In this document: positions 49,285 to 61,379 of the stretch, in pieces
Numbering within the stretch: position 1 is the stretch's first letter
Layout of the letters: each line of letters begins with the position of its first letter
Source: Callorhinchus milii
Taxonomy: Eukaryota
Direction of reading: 5' to 3'
Assembly (NCBI RefSeq): GCF_018977255.1
Contig: NW_024704742.1
Span: 45,882,001 to 45,946,000, forward strand
DNA: 64,000 nt
Translations under genes and position numbers: made by a program
Notes under the pieces: generated by a model
What the model saw: the letters and a program-made list of their open reading frames with translations, nothing else
The model's database searches: none
What the model was told of the DNA's origin: nothing

Positions 49285-49914
49285 GTGAGTAGACTTGAGT
49301 ATAATGCCCTTTGGGAAGAATTACTCACTACACTTCACTCAAGTACTCACAGGAGAACATGTAGACAGATATTTACCAACTGTCAACACTTGTTTTTATG
49401 GACATATGTCTTCGAATGCAGTATGGTATGTCATTCCTCAATGACAGGCGGTGAATTTAATACTCTCCATGATGTCAATAAATGTGCTTATATTGATTAA
49501 GTTATACAAGGTAGATACATGTATAATTATATTTTATTTCTAACATCCACAGCAATATTAGTAGATATTAAAAGAATATTTGCAAATGCTGGAAATCTGA
49601 AATAAAATCAAAAAATGAACAATGATTTCATTTACGGACAATGAGATCCCAGTATAGGTTAAGATTGCGGTATATAAGAATGTGTCCATGTAGTTCGCTT
49701 TCATTATTCCTAGCTCCTGGGAATGCAACAGAGGGTTTGTCTCAGGGCCATTTGTGAAGCGCAAGATCAAACAATATTTTATTAGTGTCTAAAATTGAAA
49801 GGCAGATCAATATTTAGAATGAAAACACTCAGCAGACAATAATAATAATCATCACATTTAGTATAGCGCCTACCACATCAGGAGGCCATCTCAAAGAGCT
49901 TCACAGTCTGCTAA

Positions 49915-50175
49915 TGCATCACTCCCTGGCAACTCCCTACCTCTCTGACCTCCTCACTCCCCAATCCACCACCCAGCACCTCCGCTCGACTGGCAAGAGC
50001 CTCCTACTCGTCTCTCACACCCTCCACCCACCATCGGAGATCGTGCTTTCAGCCACGGTAGTCCAAAACTCTAGAGCACTGTCCCTCAATTCCTTCATCT
50101 TGCTCCCTCTCTCCCCTCTTTCAAGTCCCACCTGAAAACTTTCCTCTTTGATCTTGCTCACGGCCACCTCCCCCT
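49915..50175 (+). mobile_element. old L2 3' fragment
   Basis: CCCTACCTCTCTGACCTCCTC..CGTGCTTTCAGCC..TTCAAGTCCCACCTGAAAAC. Confidence 0.8.
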
Positions 50176-50279
50176 GAATGTGGCATATGAATCAATATAT
50201 TTATCCATTAAGTATTTTCGTTACTATAATCCTATGGTACTGCATATTTGCCTTATGATATTATTTCATAATAATAATA

Positions 50280-50700
50280 GGTAATAATATTCCTTGCATT
50301 TCATATAGCACCTATAAGATCTCACAGTAGTTTACAGATACTTGCTTTATGGCAATGAAGGAAATCAAGTCAATGAGTAGACTTGAACAGCTATGAACAG
50401 CTCAATTTTAGCTGTATATAAAAGGGTTAACTTATGCTTTTTGCAAAAAAAAATGCAGCAGCCAGTTTGCACATAGCAAATAATCCACAAATAATCACAG
50501 AATAGGTCAATGACCTATTCTGGAGGATCATTGACAATGACAGGTTATGAAACTCCCTTTTCATTTTGAATAGTATCAAAGGATCTTCAAAGTGCACAAA
50601 ATAGGCATATATGACCTTGGTTTAACATGTCATCTAAAGGACAGCACCTCCTACACTGTAGCACTCCTTTGCAGTGCATTGGAGCGTCAGTGTACACAAT
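50280..50700 (-). mobile_element. Deu-domain SINE (decayed) containing a perfect 25-bp palindrome
   Basis: Tail 50280-50335; core CCTTGGTTTAACATGTCATCTAAAGGACAGCACCTCC. Confidence 0.7.
50504..50516. promoter_or_regulatory. perfect IR1 nuclear-receptor motif AGGTCA-A-TGACCT (FXR/RXR type); function unproven
   Basis: Core of the palindrome CAGAATAGGTCA-A-TGACCTATTCTG (50498-50522). Confidence 0.4.
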
Positions 50701-51226
50701 TATGTGGGAAGAAAATTTGTGCACCAAATATGTGTGTTTCAAATTGTGACTGACCTTCAAGGCCACCTATAACTGGAACTTGAGCAAGTACTGAATCCCT
50801 GTTCTTAATGACCATTTCTGTTCCTTTCCAAATCAATATACATTTTCAAAAATATTCTATATGATCTTTCATTTTGAGGCAAAAACTATAAGGGATTTGT
50901 GGGCTTCAAAATTCAGCCTTGTAAGAGCTCCTGATGCAGTGTGATCAGAAATGAAAACGTAAATCCCACTTTGTTTTATTTGCACTTTACATTATTTTGT
51001 TGTTTCTTATCCTGGTGCAAATTTTGTGAATTGAATGAAGCTAAACAATCTATGATCGACGGGGCAAAGTTTGGAGCATTCATTAAAGCTTTGCTTTTGC
51101 TAAATAAAATGAAGAATGGCTTAAGGAATAATTTGTTATTTCTAAATACTAATTCCTTTATTAACAATAATTTTAAGCAATTATCCTTACTTAGCACAAT
51201 GTTCCTGTCCTCCAATTTTCCCACAG

Positions 51227-51406
51227 CCGGCTTCTCCAGGATTTCCCAAAATTACAACTCCACATTTGATTTACAACCCATATTCTGATGTACACCAGGA
51301 AACTACTGACTAGATGAAGTTAGCTCCTTACCTTTTCTTGATGGCCAAGCAGTCAGCTAACTGGGAGATGCTGGCTATGAGAAAATGCAAGATCAGGAGC
51401 ATTTGG
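51227..51406 (+). other. candidate exon (180 nt), non-coding or with one in-frame stop
   Basis: TTTTCCCACAG| acceptor, TGG|GTAAGT donor; the phase-0 frame has a single TAG. Confidence 0.3.
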
Positions 51407-52214
51407 GTAAGTGCGTGTAAGTGCTTATTGTGGTGCTTTAATTTATTCGATTAAGAAATTAGTAACAAATATAATAATAATAACCCTCACATTTAATACA
51501 GAGCCTTTCATGTCGAGATGACATTCTAAAGCATTTCACAAGACCTCCTATAAAGATTAGCGATAGTATAATTTTTAGGCAAACACAAAAAAATTGCAGG
51601 TTTTCAAGCTTAAGGTTTTCATGTCCTAATTAGCACAAGGCATACTTTGAGAAATCTTGCAAATTTTTCACCTAAAATTATCTATTTGAATAGGATGGAA
51701 ATAAATTCAGAATTTGCAAAGACTTCTATCTTATTCTAATCTCACAATGTGTGAATTAGCATTCCAGTGCTGTTAATTTTCAGAACTATGATGGGATCTG
51801 ATTGTATATACCTTTTAGGTAGACCTTCACAGAACGTATGAGATTTAATTTGCATGGAAATTAATTTGATAGGAAATTCCATCTAAATAACAAACACCAT
51901 GAAAGTAAATAGATAACATTGGTCAATAAAATAAATTGCATATAGACAGTTTCCATGTGTCATCATTACATATGTGGGTTTCCATGCATCATTAATTATT
52001 ACATGAGGGAGGGAATTATTTTCACAGCAACTGTCACAAAATAACATCCCCAGCAGTTCAGTACTAATTTTAGATATAAAGACTATCAACAGTCCAGCAC
52101 AATCACCTTTTTTTGGATTTTATGCTTTGCCTTTCACACACTGAAGCCACATATTGGGAAGCCAACAAGAAACATCTGGTAAGGTTGGCATTCTCAGGTA
52201 TTTCAGAATTTTTT

Positions 52215-52563
52215 GTGTTAGCTTGGCTCAATTGGTTGTACTCTGCCTCTGAATCTGAAGGTTGTAGATTCATAGCTCCATGTCGAGACTTTGAATTCAC
52301 GGTCTAAAATCCCATGGGACTATTAAAAAGAAGGGAATTTCTTCCGGTGTCCTAACCGACAATCCCCAGATAAAATTGATCATTTCAATATAATAATTTA
52401 ATGTGAATTTCATGGCTGTTCGTGGAATTTTGCTCTTGTAATTAGCTGCTGCATTCCCCTGCAAAATGTACAGACTCTGCATTTTACAGTAAATCCTGTA
52501 AAGCGCTTTGGGACTTTGACAATGTGATGAGGCATTGTACCAAATGCAATGATTATTATTATT
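52215..52563 (+). mobile_element. Deu-domain SINE with internal deletion
   Basis: TGTGTTAGCTTGGCTCAATTGG head; ATCCCATGGGAC..CCGGTGTCCT core; CAAATGCAATGATTATTATT tail. Confidence 0.8.
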
Positions 52564-53754
52564 AAATCTAGACCCAAGTGGAATTTCTACCCTTTCTTAG
52601 GTAATCAGTAATTTGCAGGACTCCTCAATAAAGACTCTAAACTATGGAACTAAGGACTATTAAGTTGATACAAATCTCAACTAGCTGATTTTCCCAGTAA
52701 AAGTAATGCCTACTTCATTCCATCATTGGCTCTTGAGAACACTCAGTAAAACATCACCTGGTACAACTCATCACCAAATGATCTGGATTCAAGCTTTCAT
52801 AGGTATTTTGAAAGGTATATCAAGTATAAAGATTGGCTATGACTATAACCAGTGCAGCCCAGATCACCTGAAACAAGAGATTGCAATGCCAAGTGAGCAT
52901 CCCATCAACTAAGCCAGAAGTTCCAGACTTCACCTGGATTTTTGAATCATGCAAAGCATACGTAGTCCTATATTATTATATCCAAGTAAGCAAATGTTTA
53001 CATTGACTCGTAGCCTAACTTAATACATGAAGATAAAAAACAGAAGTGTTTCAAGGAAGATCAAGCAAACAAAAGACCTATATCATAATAATCTGCATAT
53101 TGGAGGCCGAAATTTTCTTATGATCATAAATGTTAAGCATTTGTAAACGTTTTTGATTCAGTCTCAATTTCAAAATAATTTCTTCTCAGAACCATAGAAA
53201 ATCAGCTAAACCAGCCTTAAAAAANCATGTTGCAGATTTCTGCTGGAATCACAATTTGTGAGGTGTTTTTCCAGTGGTGAGGTAACAAATTCATTGCCCA
53301 AATATATTTAAAAGACAATTTAAAAGACTAAAACTTTGTTAATAGCTGTGATGTGCAGCAGTAAATAACCCTTCAGTTAGAACAGTTCACAATTTTGTTT
53401 AACTTGCCAGGCTCATGGACAAATTTCTCTTTATGGCTCGGCAAAGTCAGCTTTTTGTGAATCATTTTCCTTCCCTCAGGCAAGGTCTTCTGATATGTTC
53501 CTTGACTGTCCAACTTCTGAAAAGAACTACTGTTTGAAAGGCTGTTTGAAAGTCCCTGTTTTTAATCACTCTCCTCCAAATCCATCAGCTCCAGTACAAC
53601 TAAGTAAAAGTTCTCTTGAGATATACAAGATATTTCATGGACTACTCCATAAGCATAAAGGATTGAGATCTTTCCTATTCTCTTGCCTATTCTCTTTGAG
53701 GTGGGGAGGGGGGAAGAAGGTAAGTGCGATCTCCTTAGAATTATATAGAATTAA

Positions 53755-54407
53755 CTATACCCGTTGCAGCTACGGTTGCAACCAGTTTAATTTAATCGTC
53801 CTTCTCTCTTTCAACTGGCATTTTTATTCGTCCTTGAAAGGCTTGATCTTCACTTCTCAGGCATTTTATCGATTAAGATTAAGAAAATGTGCTATTGAAC
53901 TCCTTACCTTCCCTTGTTCATATATTTGCACACATATCCTTTTGGGAGGACTCCTGTGGGAGGACTCCTGTTGAGAGACTCAGTGAGAAAACTCAGGGGG
54001 TGGACTCCTGTGGGAGGACTCCCGTTGGGAGTGCTTAGTGGGAAAACTCAGGAGCTGGACTTCTGTGGGAGGACTCCTGTGGGCGGACTGACACACACAC
54101 ACACACACACACACATGGACAGACATTTCATCAATATAGGTGTATCTCTCAAGAAGTAAGTGTAACCTCTGTTGCTACTTTGTTGCAAAATACCATGCAT
54201 ACTTTGTGGGGAGCTTAAATGAAAGCAGTTTTTAATATATTTTTTAATAAAGCTCATCAACGATAGGAGATCCACAAAAAAAATGCCCATGACACCACCA
54301 TCATTTAAGACCTTTCCAATAAAGTATAAATCATGTCAATTGATTATTGAGTTCTTAGTGGACACACACACACACACACACAGACACTACGTCTTTATTA
54401 ATATAGA
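53755..54407 (-). mobile_element. non-autonomous Helitron (composite), ~653 bp
   Basis: Minus strand: A|TCTATATTAATAAAG..(TG)n 5' end; subterminal hairpin GTTGCAAC-CGTA-GCTGCAAC (53763-53782) then GGGTATAG|T 3' end; sits in an AT dinucleotide with no TSD. Confidence 0.72.
53944..54114 (+). repeat. minisatellite with 14-bp subunit GGGAGGACTCCTGT in a ~55-bp higher-order unit, followed by (CA)n
   Basis: About 2.6 copies of GGACTCCTGTGGGAGGACTCC..GAAAACTCAGG.. Confidence 0.9.
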
Positions 54408-54689
54408 TTATATTGCACAGAAACAGACTCAACTAGTCCGTTCAATGTTTATATTCCACATGAGCCTCTCACCTCTCCTAAACCCCTCTTCTACACCCCT
54501 CTATTCCCTTCTCCCTCATGTGTGCATATGATGAGAGTACATTTATGCAAGTGACAAGCAGTTTTAGAAATCACTACTCTGTATGGATTTCAAGAAATAA
54601 GCCATTTTACTTGTACTATTAATCTTCTCCCAGTCCATATGTAAATTAAGTAACCATGGGCTATTAATATATTTACCACTAGAGTTGTT

Positions 54690-54868
54690 GGAACTTGGAA
54701 TGTTCTGCAAGTAAGGTGACGGAAGTCCTTTATGGGTTTCAAGGGGGAAGTAAACAGGGATATGTGAATAAGGATGGGTACTGAGATTGAATGGACGGCT
54801 TGCTGTAACAGCTGGTGCAGACTCAATGGACTGAATGTTCTCCTTCCGCATGGGAAATTTCTATGATA
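54690..54868 (+). mobile_element. old CR1-type 3' end
   Basis: GCTGGTGCAGACTCAATGGACTGAATG..CTCCTTCCG..TTTCTATGAT, similar to 39520-39583. Confidence 0.55.
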
Positions 54869-56462
54869 TTATCAAGCAAACTAAAATGACTTATGTAATG
54901 ACAGGCGGTAGTGGCATGATTGGAGACAGCGAAGACGATTGAAAGTAATAAAAGGAGATCAATAAAATAATATGAAGGGGAAAGAGGAAATGTGAAAAAA
55001 ACACATGAAGAGAAAGTGGTAAAGTATGAGGTGGGCATGATTAAAAATAGATCTACATTTGACATTAGTGAATGCTAAGGTCATTGCTAAACTGATAAAT
55101 CAATATTTTCTTCAATTTTCACAGTGCAGAAACAATGACACCAGAGGTACAAAAAAGACGAGAGGTCAGTGGAGGGAAGAAACACAAAGGTTTATTCATA
55201 TAAATCCATGGATTATAATGGAGTAAGTAGTGGGACTGAAGTCAGACAAGTTTCCATGCTCTGATGATTTCCAGAGGACATAAAACCATTAGAAATAGAG
55301 AACACAGTGTTCCAGGGTCCAGGATCCAACCAGGGTCAGGTACATTCAAGGATTAAGTAAAATAAATAGTGCAAGAATTTTGGATGATCTGAGAAAGCTG
55401 TTATGAAAAGAAATAAATTTGGGGTATTGCTGCATTGGCAAATTGCCCTCAATCCCTTTGCCTTATCACCTCTCTCCCCATTTTCAGGTTGCATTTGAAG
55501 ATCTTCCTCTTCGAATGTGCCTAAGGTCACCTTCCCCCACCCCTTGGCTCGGCATCAGGCTCCGCCACTGTTAAGATCTCCGAGACGCCGTCCGATGTGA
55601 AGGCTGCTATTTAAATGCAAATTGTTGTTTATCAGGTTACTTTGGAAAGCGGAAAAGGAACGTTGAAGATCAGTTATTTCCATATAAACTGAACATCAAT
55701 TTCATGAATAAACATGCAAATAAATGGCCATTAAAGAAGCTCAGCAGTATCACTGCATATTCGAGGATATAACAGCACAAGGTCAAGTTAGATCACCAAT
55801 GGTGCAACTACAGCAGAAAATAGAATATTTATGCCATGAAACATGGCCCTTTCTGTCCCAAGGTGTACCACATGAATCAATCACTTATGAATGATTCAAA
55901 ATCAAAGACGTGTATTAATAGCCCCTCTTTAAAGGTGACCATCAACTGAGGTCTGGCATTAGTGTTTGAATTCTTCAATATACAAAAACATACATGAGAA
56001 TTTAAAGAAGAGACAAGGCCTTTCGCCTTGTCTATCACCCAGTTTCTTTTTCAAAACTTGTTCGGGCCTTTATTTTCTTTAATCAAGGCTATACACTCAG
56101 TTGTGTGAACGAGAAGATATAGTGTACTGCAATGCAATCAAAATTAATGCTTCCTTTACTGATCTCATTTCTCTCTGCCATCCCATCAATGGGAAAACAA
56201 ATGTAAAGATTGTGGCAAGTTAATGATGCTTGTATTTGATATAGTGCCTTATTATGTTTCAAAGAGTTTTACAGAGTTTTCTGTACAGTTTAGTGACTGT
56301 ATATTTTGTACACAACTAACAGCAATCTCTACAATGACCCATAAACAGTTTAGAAGTGAATGACCAATTTTATCTTGGCAATTGTTGAAATTCACTTATT
56401 GTCTAGAACACCTAGCAAGAGATGGGACCTTAATTTAACTTCTCAGGATGGCACCTACTAAT

Positions 56463-56545
56463 GACCTGACACGTTAACTCACTTTACTCTCTCCATAGAG
56501 GCTGCCTGACCTGCTGAGTGTTCTCAGTGACTTCTGTTTTTGAAA
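56463..56545 (+). mobile_element. possible Penelope-like terminal-repeat remnant
   Basis: GACCTGACACGTTAACTC..CTCTCCATAGAGGCTGCCTGACCTGCTGAGT..TTCTGTTTTT resembles, from recall, hammerhead-adjacent repeats of elasmobranchs; related reverse pieces at ~49580-49615 and 49820-49837. Confidence 0.35.
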
Positions 56546-58469
56546 CAAGTTCCACAATCTCACTTCCCTCTGTGTGAAGTCATTCCTCTTAAATTCTCTT
56601 TTAGATTCCCCCTAGCTACTACCTTAAACTCGTATCCCCTGGTTACAGGCTCCACAACCAGTTGAAACAGCCCATCTTCTTTCTCTCAAAAAACCTTTCA
56701 GAATTTTGACGTTCCTAACATTTTGTGCTTCAGTGATAACAAACCAATATTGAATAGATTCCTAGATCTCTAATTTCTGATATTCATGTGAATTTATGTT
56801 GTATATTCTCCGAAGCTTTGATTTGCTTTCCATAATAGAGAACCTAAATGGTTGCAGTATTCCAACTGTTGGCTATCAATGTCTCGTTTGTAACATGTGT
56901 TCCCAGACACTGGAAATTGTATCAACCAGAGCTTGCATTTATATAACGGCCCTCATGAAGGGTAGCATCCCAGAATGCTTGTCAACACCCAATAAACAAT
57001 TCCAAATGACAACTTTGAATAAGCTTTCATTCTATTGCTTATTAATGTGGAACTGGACTCTGCAGAAACCACTACGCAAAATAAAGAGGCTGGCTTCTGT
57101 GACACTGAAAACACTTGTGAGAAAAAATGATAGGACAAATAGTGCCTTAAACTGGGAAACAGTGCCTTGTGATGTACAAGGCAACTCCTGAAAGGAATCC
57201 CATGCATGTGGTAGTTATTTACAATTGGTGCTCCCAAATTGGCATGACGTACTTGGGATTCCCTGAAAGAGTCACACTTTATATTCCAAGGTTCTTTCTG
57301 GTTTTGAGGCATCATTTATGCTGACATTTTTCCACCAAGTGCATTTTAAACCCCATTGGGACTAAGAGCTGATATTTCAATATAAATTAATTCTTAGTAA
57401 GATTAATGGGCCAAGTTTTATTGGACTTGGACCATCATTAGACCCTTTCAATTACTAAACTACAGAAATCAGTAATTACACTGAACACAGTTAGATTTGA
57501 CAAATTCCTATTGAATACAATGATGGTGTTGAGATTTTGAATATAAATACGACAATCAAAGATCCTTTTGAAACTGTTGAACTTTTATCAGCCTTGTTTC
57601 TGAGTAACCTTTAATCAACCAACTTGAGCATATAAAAAAACACAACGTCTTTTGAGGCTGAAAAGGTTCATTTATCAAGGACAATGTTTGTTGTACAGAT
57701 ACACAGTACTAAAAGTCGATAGGAGCAGTGTTGGAATTTGCATAAATAAAAGCTGGAGATTAAGGAGATAAAGTCATTTTCTTATTGAATGTATCACAGT
57801 TAAAAGTGACTATATATAGCGAAATAAGAGAGAGATTTACACACCCATATACATACAGGTAATGAGTGCATTATCTGCTCCTGTATGAACTGTGAGGTGT
57901 GAGACAAAAATGACATTTGCACAGAATGGCAAAAAGGAAAAACCTGCAGATGTAAAAATAATTGAAGAGACACATTAATCTTCATGAAATGTGAAGACAG
58001 CAGTTACCCTCTTGAATCATTTTTTCCTTGCAGCTGAAGAGCTGTATTATTTTGAGCTCCCTTGTTCTCATTTCTATTGTTTTACTGAAATTGCCTTTCA
58101 GCACCAACACTGATGGATCTGAGATAACGGCCACTTCTTGAGAAATGTTCTCCCACTGGTGCATTGATGACTTTATGTTTGATGTGATGTCTCTGTAGAT
58201 TTGTACAAGTTTCTTTTCAGTTGCTGTATCTAGTTTGAGATCTGCTGGGAAATGTTTACTCCACTGGGAATGTGCAAAAGTTTCCTAAAACTCATGACAT
58301 GATGGTTACTAACTTCTGCCCATTAATAAAAAATAAAATGTAAGAATCCCATGAACCACTGCTTGGATACTAAACTCAATGGGCCAATCTCTATGCGACA
58401 GGGGAGAGGGAAATTAAATTGAGCAGTAAAAAGATTAAGACATTGACTGGCTTTATTTTTGAACAGTAT

Positions 58470-58552
58470 AATAACAACAAAATTACATTTGTATAGCGTC
58501 TTTCACGTCGGGAGGATGTCCCAAGGCACTGGACAGAAAGATTTTTGGATCC
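58470..58552 (-). mobile_element. isolated L2 3' tail
   Basis: AACAACAAAATTACATTTGTATAGCGTCTTTCACGTCGGGAGGATGTCCCAAGGCAC. Confidence 0.85.
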
Positions 58553-58896
58553 AGTAGATAATTAACAGTAGATAATTTGTTATACTTCACACCCTTTGTC
58601 AATGCAATATGTTTTCAAAAATGGAGTAAAATTGTAGTTTTAGTTTAACAAACCAAGAGGGAATTGTACTTTCAGCAGCAATTTGAGACCATTTGGAGCA
58701 GATGGTCTCAGCTCTCTTTGGCTTTGCAGTAGCCGCAGGTATTACTGTAACTGGAATTAATGCAAACTGTTTCCTGATCGACTGCTGAAGCAAACTGAAG
58801 AGCTGAACAGATATTTGACTCTCTTATGACATTCGAAATCTTACTGGCATGGAGATCAAAATAGAAGAGTTCCACACGTATATTTAAGCAAGCATA

Positions 58897-59442
58897 CAAC
58901 AACAACAACAACAACAACAAAAAAAACTTTGTTTAGCGCCTTTCACATCAGTGCTGGACAATCAGTGTTTCGGATCCGAGTTGGAGGTCGGAATCGGACA
59001 GGATGGAGAGCAGGGGGGAAGGAGGGTGATTGAAGGCACAGTCGAAGAGAGTCTTGAGATGGGTTTTGAAGGGGGCAAAGGAGAGGGCGAGGTGGAAGGA
59101 AAGCGGGATAGAGTTTCAGAGGGTTGGATTAGAGTGGCTGAATGATGGGGCAGGCGAGTTGGGAATGTGAAACAGGCCGGAGACCGCTGAATGGATGGAG
59201 CAGACATGTTAGTAGGGGGTTAGGAGATTGCAGAGGTAGTGGGGAGCAAGGCAAAGAGGGCTTTGAAACTGAGGACCAGGATCTTGAACTGTATCCTCTG
59301 TGTGAGTCGGGCAAGGACGGGGGTGATTGGATCGCGGTGCCTGGTGCGGTAGAGGACATGGGCTGCAGAGTTCTGGATGGAGGGAGGAGTTAGGGAGGCC
59401 AACAAGTAGGGAGTTGGTGTAGTCGAGCCTGGATGTTATGAA
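58897..59442 (-). mobile_element. older L2 3' fragment
   Basis: (CAA)n tail; ORFs FITSRLDYTNSLLVGLP and DPITPVLARL..RIQFKILVL. Confidence 0.9.
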
Positions 59443-59569
59443 TGTGTGACAGAGTACACAGTAATGTATGTGGCTGGACGAGATTGCATTACGAGTTGAC
59501 AGTATGGTTCTGTGCTGCCCAGTGACATATGAACAGGTGGTCCATTGCCCTCCCAATTAGCCCTCAGAC

Positions 59570-59956
59570 CAGCCAATCATTCTCCCTATGCCTCACAACT
59601 GCTAACCCCTTTTTAACTTGTCTGCTTCCTCTGCTCAGCGGGCTCTGGCCTGCCCTATGTCCCCCACCCAGACCACCCCACCATCGGTGGTCGGGCCTTC
59701 AGCCTCTCTGCCCCAATCTTTTGGAACTCCATCCCACAATCCCTTCACCTCACTCCCTCTCTTGCTTCCTTCAAGGCACATCTCAAGACCCTTCTCTTCG
59801 GCAGTGCCCTAGGCCACCCTCCTACTAACTCTGCCCTCCAACCTTCCTAATCCCAACCCACCCCTCCCCCATCTTGGGTCATAATCTGACTGTTCAGCAC
59901 CTTGGGACATCCTCCCGATGTGAAAGGCACTTCACAAATGTAATTTTGTATTGTAA
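59570..59956 (+). mobile_element. older L2 3' fragment, inverted relative to 58897-59442
   Basis: CCATCGGTGGTCGGGCCTTCAGCC..GGGACATCCTCCCGATGTGAAAGGCAC tail. Confidence 0.9.
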
Positions 59957-61379
59957 TCTTGTACTATACCTCTTGTTCTGGCTCTGTTCCTGTCACTCTC
60001 CACATTAGCTCAGTGAGGAGAGTGACGGGAAGAGAGGCAGAGTGGGAGGTATGATACTGCGGCTTGTCCACCATAAATTGGTACCCACCCAAATCTGAAT
60101 CCTAGCTATGGCATTGGTGCTGCCCACATACATCGCTCAAAAGGCAGAAACTAATGTCAAACAACATCTATAGTATAATCCCATCATATATTACTTAAGT
60201 TTTTCTAGCTAAAGATTACAGAGTGCAAATCAAAAAAGATTAATATTATTTTCCCATTTTACATTTGATTTTGTAGTTATTTTGAATGTAATTCCTTTTG
60301 AGACGCTGTGGGTTCCTTGTTTTTACATCTCCATCAGCACCAATCTAAGTTCAGTTGTTTGGAAATATAAAAGTGGATAGGAAGAGGGAGCTCTGCTTAT
60401 TGCTCATTTCTTGTGGTGCTCCATTCTCCGTGCCACAAAAAACAACAATAATTTTACATTTATACGACGCCTTTCATTTTAGGAGAATGTCTCAAAACGC
60501 TTCATAGAATCAGCTGTGAGCCGGAGCTGTGAATGGTGTCCAAAAGCAAAGTCAAAAAGAACGGTCTTGAGATGGGCTTTAAATGTAGAAAGTGAGTTGG
60601 AGAGACTTCAGGATAAAGTTCCAGATACTAGTGCATCGATATACCTGAGATTCATAAATTTACCGTGATTATCTATTTGACTTTTGCTATTTTTATGGTA
60701 ATTGTATCTTGAAGTTTTTATTGATTTCTTCCTTCTTTTCTGTTCTAATTTCAGTTGATTATTTTCTTTCTTCTTTTAAAGATTAGCGCAGTCATTTGAA
60801 TTAAACTGTAACAATTTTTTTCTATTAAACGCAGATATGTGGTGCACATTGGATATTGTAAGAGAGTAAAAAGGTATTGAGTTAATGAAGTGACAGAATG
60901 TTAAGATTTATCTTGAGAAATGAAGTTGGATATAGATTTACTTTGAAGATTATAGGTTGTTTTATGGTATTCATATAATCATTCTGGTGTAGGTTAATAA
61001 CATTTATATTTTAAAGTGGTATTAAGTTTTAATAATTATACATGAGAATGGGTAAAATAATACAATTGTTAAAAGTACATATAAATTAAACAGCTGAAAA
61101 ATATAACATGCTTAGCAGTGGTAAACTATTATTTAAATGATGTATTAAACTCCCCCTCCCCCTGACTCGGTCCCGGGATCCGTTACTATGAAGCACTTTG
61201 AGACGCCGTCTGGCATGGAGGGCGCTATATAAATCTAGTTGTTGTTGTTGTTGTAAACTGCATTTCTGGTAAGGAACCATGGAAGGAAGTTAATGAATTG
61301 AACTATCGGGAAAGCTGCAGTAAAATTATCGGCAATAATATTTAATGTGGTATTGTGGTATACCAAAGCATTGTAAAAA

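Noticed and set aside
53225..53225. Single N base
   Set aside because: Assembly ambiguity next to an A-run, not biology.
58690..58880. CGYCKAKES*DHLL resembling a LINE C-terminal zinc knuckle
   Set aside because: In-frame stop, wrong spacing to the final Cys, and no adjoining RT sequence.
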